A stretch of DNA of 63,646 bases, the filler included, from Reclinomonas americana ATCC 50394 (taxonomy: Eukaryota): NCBI GenBank assembly GCA_048213135.1. It is 9 parts of 6 records of this genome, joined end to end, with 100 filler letters (N's around TTAATTAATTAA, not from the genome) between each part and the next. Parts side by side here need not be neighbours in the genome. Positions count along the whole stretch, not along the records: positions 51,793 to 54,570 come from PS015078.1; positions 54,671 to 56,418 come from PS015079.1; positions 56,519 to 58,089 come from PS015079.1; positions 58,190 to 60,390 come from PS015080.1; positions 60,491 to 62,348 come from PS015081.1; 4 more parts are not named here. The stretch is one strand, 5' to 3'. Numbering within the stretch: the stretch's first letter is position 1; every line of letters begins with the position of its first letter. Shown piece by piece: positions 51,793-62,348 of this stretch. The notes beneath the pieces were generated by a model, which searched no databases, had not been told where the DNA came from, and worked only from the letters and a program-made list of their open reading frames with translations. The position numbers were made by a program, and so were the translations under genes.

Positions 51793-54515
51793 GCCGCCGT
51801 CACCCGAAGACGAGGCGCGCGGCGGCCTCTCGGTTGTCGAGTCCACTGTCTATATCCTTTGCTTGCTTGTGCCAGACCGTGATGATGCCTCTTGCTTTGC
51901 ATCGTGAGCCCTTGACTCTTGCTGTCTCACGGCAGGCGATTCCATCCTTCCTCAATGCCGTGGATGCCGCTCTCGCCGACATTGGGTTGCGTACTCACCG
52001 GCACTGGCACATTGTTTCCTGAAAATCTGACGACTTGATGCAGCATGCCGCCGCTGCCGTTCGATCGTCAGCTGCTCACCATCTCTACGTGGATGGGCGG
52101 TGACCGCGACGGAAACCCCTTTGTTACTTGTACGTGGGCGTCTCTCTTGCTCCGTTGCCAATTCTGCCTTCTCCTCACAATTGCGTTTTTGTTCAGCTCG
52201 CGTGACGGCCGACATTTGCTGGATCTCTCGGTTTGTGTACTCCCTTGTTCATTTGCTGACGACATTATCGTTTGAGTGATCTTTTCTGTGCTTGCAGTCT
52301 GCGTGCCATCGATGCCTACTTTGCGGTTCGTCACGTGCGACAACTTCGAATTGCTCACGCATTTGTTCATCTCAGCTGTTTGTAGGTGGTCGACGAGCTC
52401 GTGTTCGAGCTGTCCATGACCGAGGCCACGGACGAGTTGCGCCAGTACGTCGCGCAGCTGCGTGGTGGTCAGCCGCCCACTCCCACTGCGGGTCTGGCTG
52501 AGGTGTGTCCTTTTCCCAGCAGGGCATTCGTGTCGTGTGTTCTTCTTATCTTAGGCACACGCGCAGGCGAAAATCGCCACGATCGCTGGCTCCTTCCTGC
52601 ACGCCTCGGCGCATCCGCACCACCGTGGAGATCCTTCCGGCCCCTCCTCGTCCTCCAGCCGCGGCATTCGCCACGGTTTGCAGATGAACGCCTCGGCTCT
52701 GCAGGCCTCTGCCGAACAGACCAAGCGCCTGCTCGACTTCTCAACCTACATTCCCCCGTCTGAGCCGTACCGTCAAGTGCTTGGCTGGGTGCGCGAGAAG
52801 TTGTCGACGACACGCGCCTACATTGAGCAGACGTGGCTCACCGAGTCGCTGGAGCCGACGATCTTTTCGGTGCCCATCGACACGTCCAACATTTTCTGGG
52901 AGGCCCAGGACTTGCTCGAGCCTCTTGCCGTGTGCCACCGATCGCTGTGTGCCACGGGCGACGCCATCATTGCCAACGGCAAGCTGTTGGATCTGATGCG
53001 CCGCATCCGCTGCTTTGGTGAGTGAGCACTCGTACGAGTGTTTCTGTCTCCTCGTTCAGCTCACCGTTGGAACATAATAACAGGCATGGCACTGATGCAC
53101 TTGGACTTGCGCCAAGAGTCGTCACGCCACACACGTGCAATGGATGCCGTGACCAAGTACATTGGTCTCGGTTCATATGCCACCTGGAGTGAGGAGGAGC
53201 GACAGGCATTCCTACTGAAGGAGTTGGTGGGCCGACGCCCGCTCATCCCGTGGGACATGCCGCTGGCGCAGGAGGATCGCGAGGTGCTCGACACATTCCG
53301 CGTGGCTGCGCGCATGGGCCGCGATGCACTCGGTGCCTACGTCATCTCGATGGCGTGCTACCCGTCTGATGTGCTGTTGGTCGAGCTGTTTGCTCGCGAG
53401 GCTGGCGTACCCGAGGGAACCATGCGAGTTGCGTTACTCCCGGGCACTATGCGCGCGTATTATCTGTGCTGACGTGCTGGCACACAGGTGGTGCCACTGT
53501 TTGAAACCGTGGAGGCGCTGGTTAACGCCCGTCGCACGCTGCATTCGCTGCTGTCGGTCGAGTGGTACATTAATCACACCGGTCGCAAGCAGGTACGACA
53601 CGCATATCTGTGTGTACCCATCCTTTTTTCACCATCGCTCGCCCTCATTCTGCTCGCCACAGGAAGTGATGATTGGCTACTCCGACAGTGGCAAGGAGGC
53701 CGGTCGTCTCGCCTCGTCGTGGTACCTGTACACGGCGCAAGAGGAACTCGTCGCGCTCTGCAAGGAGATGAATGTCGAGCTCACGCTGTTCCACGGTCGT
53801 GGCGGTACAGTCGGTCGTGGTGGAGGTGCGTTGTGTTGACCTTGTCTGCGTGGTCCCTGCGCACGCAAATGATGGTGGTGTGGTGTGGTGGCAGGTCCGC
53901 AGCACGTGGCCATTCAGTCGCAGCCTCCGGGCTCCATTCTCGGCCGTCTGCGCGTCACTGTGCAGGGTGAAATTATTCAGCACAGGTGGGGTGGTCGGCG
54001 CACATTGTCTCGCAGTCTTGTGTGACTCATGCTCTGTGTTTCGCAGCTTTGCCAACACGTCCATTGCCTTCCGGTGTGTATTTCATAATCTGATTACTGT
54101 GGGCAGTCTCCTCACTCACTCGGTGAACGCAGCACACTCGAGTCGTACACCACGGCCACATTGCTTGCGACGCTGAAGCCTGCTGCCGGTCCCACCGACG
54201 AGTTCCGGTGCGTCAAGCTTCTTGCCTGATTAAATTCGTGATGTGCTCTCACCAGTAGTGTGCTTGCAGCGAGGTGATGCGCGACTTGACCCGCCTCTCG
54301 TACGATCAGTACCGCAAGGTGGTGTACGGACACCCGCAGTTTGCCGACTACTTGCTGGCAGCCACTCCGTTGCTCGAGCTCGGCGCTCTCAACATTGGTT
54401 TCGTTTGCTCTCCACTCGCATGTTGTGCTCTCCACTCACTGTGCGCACACGGTTGTGTGTGCAGGTTCCCGTCCGGCTCGCCGACAGCTGACGGGCGGTG
54501 TGCAGTCGCTGCGTG
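51793..54515 (+). CDS. ppc: Phosphoenolpyruvate carboxylase (internal fragment, truncated at both ends)
   Basis: [95 protein letters not shown]. Confidence 0.97.
51852..51930 (+). other. U12-type (minor spliceosome) AT-AC intron in PEPC
   Basis: 5' ATATCCTTT; branch CCCTTGAC at 51909-51916; 3' end CAC. Removal restores ESTV-W-QAIPSFL with the conserved Trp. Confidence 0.92.
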
Positions 54516-54987
54516 GTACGTGCATGCTCATGACCATCTGGTTTCTGCACTGCACAACTCTTCCAGCTAANNNNNNNNNNNNNNNNNNNNNNNNNNNNNN
54601 NNNNNNNNNNNNNNTTAATTAATTAANNNNNNNNNNNNNNNNNNNNNNNNNNNNNNNNNNNNNNNNNNNNGAAGGAGAGTGAGTGACAAATAGGTATTGA
54701 AAAGACCACAAAGAAATGTTTGGAAAAAGGGTGAAGGAGAGGGCAAGGCAGCGAGAAGCTGAAGACGGCAGACAGAGAACAGGAGAGAGAAGAGAGACAT
54801 TGTCTGTGAGAGAAAAGAAGCAAGTGATAACTACGGAAGGCACGCGAGCGGGAAGTAGGAGAAAAGAGAGAGAGAAAGAAAGATGGGTGGAGAAATGAGG
54901 TAGAGGACGTGGAAGTAGAGTGGGTGAGAAAGCGACGCACAGAAAAACACGAGAGAGAGAGAAGAAAAAAAAAGACAGTCTGAGAGA

Positions 54988-55763
54988 CTAACCACGCAGG
55001 AACAACGCCGACTCGATGACGAGCTTCCACACCACCTCAAACTGGCTGCGGAAGGCCGCGGGCGCAGTGAGAGTGACCGAGTACACCAGGTGGCGATCGC
55101 GCTGCTCCACGGCCAAAATCGTCCACCGCAGCAGCGGCAGGAAGCCGGAGACCGACGCTCGCCGTTCCGTTTGCAGCCACTCCAGGTGGCCCATGACGAA
55201 GCGCAGAGTCGACGCCTTTTGCCACTCCGGTTTGCCGGCGTAGTGTGAGTCCTCCGCCTGCACACATGGATGATATAAGCAAGGAAGAATAAAAAGAGAG
55301 AAGAAACGAAGAGAGGCGGCAGTACCTTGGCGGCGTCGTCCAGCGACACGGGGTTGGGGAAGGAGGTGGAGGAGAGCACGAGTTCCATGTCGTCGATCTC
55401 CGGCACGCGGCACATGAGCGAGTGGTGCATGGTATCGGGCAGGCGTGTGGGGTGGAGTGAGATGCCCTCCTTGACCTCCCAGCCGCGGGGGAAGGCAAAG
55501 GTGACAAAGTGGCTCTTGTGGGTCATGAGGAGGCTGCAGTCGGCTGAGGGGAAGATAAAGGGAAAGGGTGGAAAGGGGAAGTGAGAAGGGAAAGGGGAAT
55601 AGAGGGAAAGAGGACGGGAGAGGGGGTGGAGAAGGGGGAGAAGGGAAAAGATGGAAAGGGGACGAGAGAGAGGAAGAGAGCGAGAAACCATGTGCAGGAA
55701 GTGAGAGAGAGCGAGAGAGACAGAGAAAGAGAGCAACTGAACGAGATAGAAGACTGAGAGCTT

Positions 55764-55799
<36 letters not shown>

Positions 55800-56418
55800 G
55801 AGGACGTGACCAATGGTGAGAGGTACAAACGTACAGAGTGTGAGAGAAGCAGACACCGCAAGGTAGAAAGAGTTCCTCACAGACTGGAAATGAATCACGA
55901 ATAGCGAGACAAGAAGTGAACGTCTGATGATGTGACCAGAGACGAGAGGCACAGACACAGAGTATGAAACAGAGAGAGATTGTGTGTGTGTGTGTGTGTG
56001 TGTGTGAACGAGAAAGAAATCAAATGCTACCGCAGCAAGAGAGAGACAGAGAGCGAGAAATAGACAGAGTGACAAAATAATTCAGCATCCCAACCACGAA
56101 ACTGTACGCGTTGACCACGCCCGACAGGTGCGCGCCATCAAAGGACACTTGTCGCGTCACGAAATGATCCACGGCATATCGCTGGTTTCGCTTGCGATCC
56201 TCATCTGACATGGTCTTGAAGTATTCGGCGTTGTACTCTGCGAGCGAGGGAGATGAGGTGGTGGCGAGCCGGGAGGATCGATGCCGGAAGGAATACCTCT
56301 GGCACTATTGTCTGCCAACAGGAGACCGCGGAATGGTGGTGGTTGTGCCTCTCCGCGCCGTGTGGCCATGGCGGCGCGCTGCTGTGTGACCAGCGTCAGC
56401 ACGTCGTCGAGGGCCAGT
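54988..56418 (-). CDS. Hypothetical protein (5' truncated), possible PsbP/Mog1/DcrB-like C-terminal fold
   Basis: VTFAFPRGWEV near the domain start and VYSVTLTAPAAFRSQFEVVWKLVIES at the C-terminus; pattern resemblance only. Confidence 0.4.
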
Positions 56419-56525
56419 NNNNNNNNNNNNNNNNNNNNNNNNNNNNNNNNNNNNNNNNNNNNTTAATTAATTAANNNNNNNNNNNNNNNNNNNNNNNNNN
56501 NNNNNNNNNNNNNNNNNNTGACTCG

Positions 56526-56597
56526 GAGGCGATGGCGTAACGGTAGCGCGTGAGATTCCAGTCCTCAAGGTTGGGGGTTCAAATCCCTCTCGTCTCC
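56526..56597 (+). tRNA. tRNA-Trp (CCA)
   Basis: Cloverleaf: acceptor GAGGCGA/TCGTCTC, D-arm GCGT/GCGC, anticodon CCA at 56558-56560, T-arm GGGGG-TTCAAAT-CCCTC, T-run terminator just downstream. Confidence 0.92.
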
Positions 56598-56629
56598 TAT
56601 TTTTTGGATTTATTTTGTGATTGAGTGAA

Positions 56630-57063
56630 AATCACCGCCGACTTAGAGTCACGGCGTGACCGACCGTCCCTGACCGCCGCTGACCGTGCCGCTGGCCGCC
56701 CCTGCCGGCCGACTTAGAGAAAAAAAAAAAAAACACCGCCGACTTAGAGAAAAAATGAGAAAATCACCGTCACGGCGTGACCGACCGCCCCTGACCATGC
56801 CGCTGGCCGACCCGCCGGCCGACTGAGGAAAAAAAAAACAACACCCGACTTAGAGAAAAAAATGAGAAAATCACCGTCACGGCGTGACCGACCGCCCCTG
56901 GCCGCCGCTGACCATGCCGCTGGCCGACTGAGGAAAAAAAAAAACACCCGACTTAGAGAAAAAATGACCGTCTCGGCATGACCGACCGCCCTGACCGCCC
57001 CTGACCATGCCGCCGGCCGACCCGCCGGCCGACTTAGAGAAAAAAAAACAAAACACCGCCGAC
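56630..57063. repeat. Degenerate tandem repeat, about 4 units of about 110 bp
   Basis: Recurring CCGACTTAGAG-A(n), TCACGGCGTGACCGACCG and CTGACCATGCCGCTGGCCGAC blocks. Confidence 0.85.
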
Positions 57064-57216
57064 CGAATTTCATCAATGTTGCTCAGGCGTGAGGTTTTTT
57101 ATTACCACCATCAACCATTCATACTTGCCGCTGCATCACTGCGCATGCGCGACTCCATTTTTCAAGTACAAGCACAAAAAAGCAAAACACAGACTGAATA
57201 CCGCAGAATACTGATA

Positions 57217-57849
57217 TCACCGCACACGCGTGTGCAGGAGCCGGGCGCCCACAGCCTTGGAGCGGCGCATCTCGGTGAGCGACCACACGCACTCCTTGCC
57301 GTTCTCGTGGCCGGTCAGTAGCAAGTGACTGGTGACGTCGAACTTGGCGTCGGTGATTGGCACATTGTCGGATCCGCACGCGAGGTACACGGGGGTGTAC
57401 CGGTGCCAGAACCAGCGGTTCACATCGTGGCGATCGCGCAGCAGCTCGAACACGTAAGCCAGGCCGTCACTGCCGGCGAACGCCACGAACCGGCTGTTGG
57501 GGCTGATGGCAATCGCCGTCACTGCATACTCGTCACTCCTCGTCGTCTCCACGATCGTCTCCACGTACGAGAAGCGGCCAGCTGCGCAGCCACCGCATTG
57601 CTGCACATCGACGCCGGAGGTGGTGGTGGAGGAGGAGGAGGTGCATGCATCGGTGCAGGTGCAGGTCGGCAATATCGCGAACTGCTGCACGTCGTCGTCG
57701 ACGGCATCGCGGACGACGACGGCGCGCCACTGGCCGTCGGGGGAGACACAGGTGTGCAGCAGGTTGGGGTGCACGTGGCCATGCATGTGGGCCAGCTGGG
57801 GCTCAGGGGTGTACATGTCGTACTCGGTCTTGGTGGGTGACACGGTCAT
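57217..57849 (-). CDS. Short WD40-repeat protein, apparently intronless
   Basis: VSPDGQW, VTAIAISPNSRFVAFAGSDGLAYVFEL, ITDAKFD...LLTGHENGKECVWSL. Confidence 0.65.
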   Translation of the reverse strand: MTVSPTKTEYDMYTPEPQLAHMHGHVHPNLLHTCVSPDGQWRAVVVRDAVDDDVQQFAILPTCTCTDACTSSSSTTTSGVDVQQCGGCAAGRFSYVETIVETTRSDEYAVTAIAISPNSRFVAFAGSDGLAYVFELLRDRHDVNRWFWHRYTPVYLACGSDNVPITDAKFDVTSHLLLTGHENGKECVWSLTEMRRSKAVGARLLHTRVR

Positions 57850-58211
57850 CGTGGGGCAGGGCGGGCAGTGGTGAAATTTCGGAGGGAGAATGAAAATTGA
57901 AGCGAGTGGTCTTCGCTCACGAGGACAGATGAAAAGATGAAAAAATTTAGGGACAAAATTGGTTGAACTGTGAGCGAGCCACCACTGTACCACCTGTGAG
58001 CTCGATGCGGGCAACGGGGCGGGCATGGTGTGGGGGTCGCCGGCACGACGCCCTGTCGACCTCCATCCACCATCACAAAAAAAAAAAAANNNNNNNNNNN
58101 NNNNNNNNNNNNNNNNNNNNNNNNNNNNNNNNNTTAATTAATTAANNNNNNNNNNNNNNNNNNNNNNNNNNNNNNNNNNNNNNNNNNNNACAAATCAAGC
58201 GCACAACGCAC

Positions 58212-60229
58212 CAGGAAGCGACAGCGCTGACGCCCGGCCGGCACTGGACCCACGTCCATGCACGCCACCTCCTGTCCCACGTCGACCTTTTCGATTTCGG
58301 TCAGCTGCTGCGAGTGCGGATCCAGCTCAAAGTACACCAGCTCGCCACCACCGAGGGCCACCGCCACCTGGCGCTCGTTGGCCGCCGCACGCACAATGGT
58401 CTTGCGCCCCGGTGGCTTCCACTCGCGCAGGCCGCGATCGGCGCCAATGTATCGCACGCCATTGGGGAACACCTGAGCGGCGATTGAGAGAAGCAAAGAT
58501 TGGAAAATGAGAGGGTGTCTCGATGCGCACCTGCAACAGGGCATCGTTCTTCAGCAGCGACACCAGGATCGTCGGCGCGGTGCCGAGGAACCCGCTATCT
58601 TGCACCTCCTCCACCGTCTCACCGACAGCCAACACCATGGTGGCGTTCAAGTACGACACCACAATGTACTGGTCGAACTCGTCTGCAGCACGCAGCCAAG
58701 GTGGGTGAAGAGCAGGAGAAGTGAAGAGAAGAGAAGAAAAAAAGTGGGAAAAGTGGCAAGAGGAAGAAAGGAAGCGCGTGCTGCGCCGAGGCAGATGGAA
58801 AAGAACAGAGAGAACGATTCGCAAGGAGAAGTGAAGAGAAGAAAAGAAAAGAAAAATGCGGCAAGAGGAAGAAAGGAAGCGCGTGCTGCACCGAGGCAGA
58901 TGGAAAAGAAAGACAGAGAGAACGATTCAGAAGGAAGAGAAGACAAGAAAAAAAGGAAAAAAAAAAGACAAACGGAAGTAAGAAACAAAGCGAGTGCTGC
59001 GCCGAGGCAGAAGAAAAGAAAGACAGAGGCCGACCCTTTTCTTTCCCTGTAAAAGAAAAAAGTGGCAAAAGCATACAAGCACTGGGGCTTCCCAAGTGGT
59101 CCCCCACCCTAGTACTGACCCAGCTGAACGCGGCTTAACTTCACAGATCGGACGGGATGTGGTGTTTTCCGCGTCATGTGGCCGTATGCGACTACTAAGG
59201 CGAAAGAGTGCACGGGGGGATTGCAGGAAGAGGGGAGCGGAAAGGAAGAGAGAGATGAAAGAGAGACGAGGCCACGAAGGAACAGATCGGTATTTTCCAA
59301 GATATACGACTATCACGAGGACAGCGAAAAGAAGAGGACACGAACGGGGGAGAATGAGAGAAGAACAGAGATGCTGTCCACGCAACATATCGTCAGGGGA
59401 AACGAGAAAGTAGGATCAACTGAGAGAAAAAGTGCGAAAGAAAACAGAGCCGATGCATTCTGTGTGTCGCGCAATGGGGCGAGGGTGAGAAGAACAACGG
59501 AAAGAGATACACAAAGGAGACCAAGTAGAGATGAAGAGACAACGCGAGAGCAACATAGGGAAACAAGATAAGACGATTTGTCGCGTCACTTGGAGAAGGA
59601 ATGACATATCCACGCCACTGCGAAAGGTGCGACGCTCTTCAGCGTGTGACACGAGAGGTTGAGCAGGAGAGGTCAAGAACGAAAGAGATATCCAAGCAAG
59701 GAGTGAAGCTATTCAGCGTGCAACAGGGGAGGCTGAGCAGACGAGGACAAGAACGAAAGAGATACGAGCAATGCGATGAATAATGCTCAACTGAGCGACC
59801 TTGCCCTCTCCTCACCCTCTCCTTGCCCCTCTCGACTCACCATCATGCGAACGCTTCACACTCCACACCGCCGATGGCACCGAGTGCAGTGGCGAGGCGG
59901 CCATCTCGTGCACCTGCAGACCGTGGCGCAGAATGCGCAGCGAGCTGCAGTTACCGCGGCCAGTGAGGCAGTAGAACTGTGAGGTGCCTTCGCCGATCAA
60001 GTCTTGTGCCTGTAGGGGCCCGCGTCAGCAACCGGAAAGGAGGAGTGCAGTTGCGGGGAAAGACGCAACGACAAAGTCGTTGACAGGGGCCAGAGAGTTA
60101 ATGTCGTCGATGAGGAGCAGATTCTTCAGGTGGCGCACTTTGTAGGTGGGGAACTCGCCGAGGCCCTCCAAGAACACTGTTCCCGAGTACAGCTCGTCGT
60201 CGCCGAGGCCCAGGAATCGGTAGAATTTG
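58212..60229 (-). CDS. SF3B3: Splicing factor 3B subunit 3 (SAP130/Rse1), internal fragment
   Basis: [68 protein letters not shown]. Confidence 0.95.
59071..59189 (-). rRNA. 5S rRNA gene within SF3B3 intron 58683-59840
   Basis: 119 nt, GCATACGGCCAC...CATCCCGTCCGATCTGTGAAGTTAAGC...AGTACTAGGGTGGGGGACC...GGGAA...GTATGC; terminal helix GCATAC/GTATGC; followed by a TTTT terminator. Confidence 0.95.
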
Positions 60230-60490
60230 CTGTGTGGAGCATCGGGCAGGGAAGAGATGAGATGGGAGGAAAAGGGAAGAGATGGGAGGAGAAGGGAAGA
60301 GAAGGGAGGAGAAGGGCAAAGGTGACTAGAGAGGAGAAGGGAAGAGATGGGAGGGAAGAGATGGGAGGAGAAGGGAAGAGATGGGAGGAGNNNNNNNNNN
60401 NNNNNNNNNNNNNNNNNNNNNNNNNNNNNNNNNNTTAATTAATTAANNNNNNNNNNNNNNNNNNNNNNNNNNNNNNNNNNNNNNNNNNNN

Positions 60491-60931
60491 ATGCAGGAGC
60501 GAGCACGACGAACTACGTCATTGGTGCGCGATAAGCATGCCGCAGATGTGGCCGACAGCATCGACGACTTTGAGCGCAACCTGCAGCGCATGGGCGTGGA
60601 TCCCACTGGCAAGAAGAGTGGCGTGCAGGTGCGTGTGTTTCTTGTTTCTGTACAGATTGGGGTAAGTGCTTATCGGAAGTGTGTGTTGTGTGTGCTTGCA
60701 GCTGGAGGGCGCTGCTGCTGCCGAGGCCGCGTCTCGATTGTCGCGCACCACTGCCATTGAGCATCTGCGTTCGCTTCGCGACCAGCTGCCGGAGGAGGGT
60801 GCGATGCGTGCCGACTCGGAGCAGCATCTTACCAAGATCCGTCAGCGCAAGGAGCAGGAGGTGGAGGCACGCAAGGAGCGCGAGAAGCGACGCCGTCGTG
60901 TGCTGCACGAGCAGGAGCAGATCCGTCAGCA
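60491..60931 (+). CDS. SPEF2/CPC1-like flagellar central-pair protein fragment (probably a mis-oriented contig)
   Basis: IDDFERNL...HLTKIRQRKEQEVEARKEREKRRRRVLHEQ resembles the SPEF2 AREQREKRRRK coiled-coil motif. Confidence 0.55.
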
Positions 60932-61190
60932 NNNNNNNNNNNNNNNNNNNNNNNNNNNNNNNNNNNNNNNNNNNNNNNNNNNNNNNNNNNNNNNNNNNNN
61001 NNNNNNNNNNNNNNNNNNNNNNNNNNNNNNNNNNNNNNNNNNNNNNNNNNNNNNNNNNNNNNNNNNNNNNNNNNNNNNNNNNNNNNNNNNNNNNNNNNNN
61101 NNNNNNNNNNNNNNNNNNNNNNNNNNNNNNNNNNNNNNNNNNNNNNNNNNNNNNNNNNNNNNNNNNNNNNNNNNNNNNNNNNNNNNNNNN

Positions 61191-61650
61191 AGTCAACTCA
61201 AACTCCAGCTGCTTCTTCTCGCGATCGGCTTTCCGCTGCAGCTGCGTGCGATGGTCGGCGGCTTGTTCGCGATCCCAATCGCTGCAAGCATCGTTGTGAG
61301 TCACACGCATGCGGCGCATCCGTGATCATGCACACTCGCGCTGCTCACGCACCGCACGAGCTGCATGTCCTCGCGCATGCTCGACAGGAACTCCTGCCGC
61401 CTGCTCTGCACAAACTCTTGCGACGCGGCGCGCTCCAGGTGATCACCCTGTGCCGCTGTGGCCTCCACGCTGCGTCCGTGATCCTCGAACTTCTTCAGGT
61501 GCATGTTGATGCGCACATCCTTGTTGCTCATTGCCAGCACATGGCGCACGCGGTCCTCAAAGTGGCCCGTGTGCATCGAGTCGAAAATCTCCTTTGGCGT
61601 GCGCTTGGGGTTGCCTTGTACCGAGCGGCCGAGTGAAGAGCCCTCGACTG
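61191..61650 (-). CDS. Upstream exons of the same SPEF2-like gene
   Basis: IFDSMHTGHFEDRVRHVL...MHLKKFED followed by coiled coil. Confidence 0.45.
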
Positions 61651-62228
61651 GGAAGGAGGGGGGAGGGGTGAGGAAAAGGGAAAGGGGGAAAGGGGAAAGG
61701 GAAAGGGGGTAAAGGGGGAAGGGCGGTGGGGGAAAGGGGGGAGGGGGGAAAGGAGGGAGAGGGGGGAAAGGGGTAAGGTGGAAGGGGAAACGAGCGCAGA
61801 AAAGACGACGCAAGGAAGAGAAGGGAGAGCGAAAGAGGATGAAACTCGCTGAGCATGAGGGCGAGAGGGAGAGAAATAACAAGAGAAAGGACAGAGTGAA
61901 TGAGACAGAGAAAAAGGAATGTCGAAGAGTTGGTTTCAGAAAAGAAGGAGGGAGCCAACAAGATCGGTGTGGAGAGCGTGTAAAGCGATCACTGGAATGA
62001 GATAGAAGGAGTAAGGAACATCGATAGAGAGAAGACAACTGGATCGTCGTTGAGTGCATGCAGAAGGAAAGAGAAGTGCGATGTCCGAGACACGAAGAGA
62101 GGAACATCGAGGAGGGGGTTGGACACGGAGAGAAAACAGCTGGATCAGCCCGAGGAAAGAGGACTGAGAATACAGGAGACAAGAAAACAACGAGTGTTGT
62201 TCATCGAAATGCATGGTGGCTGCAAATT

Positions 62229-62348
<120 letters not shown>

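Noticed and set aside
56558-56560. UGA-to-Trp genetic code reassignment suggested by the odd tRNA-Trp
   Set aside because: Conserved Trp residues examined use TGG, and TGA ends several genes (4829, 5014, 11187, 35401). No in-frame TGA was needed in any spliced model.
56630-57063. CRISPR-like array
   Set aside because: Units are degenerate along their whole length with no unique spacers, there are no cas genes, and the context is eukaryotic.
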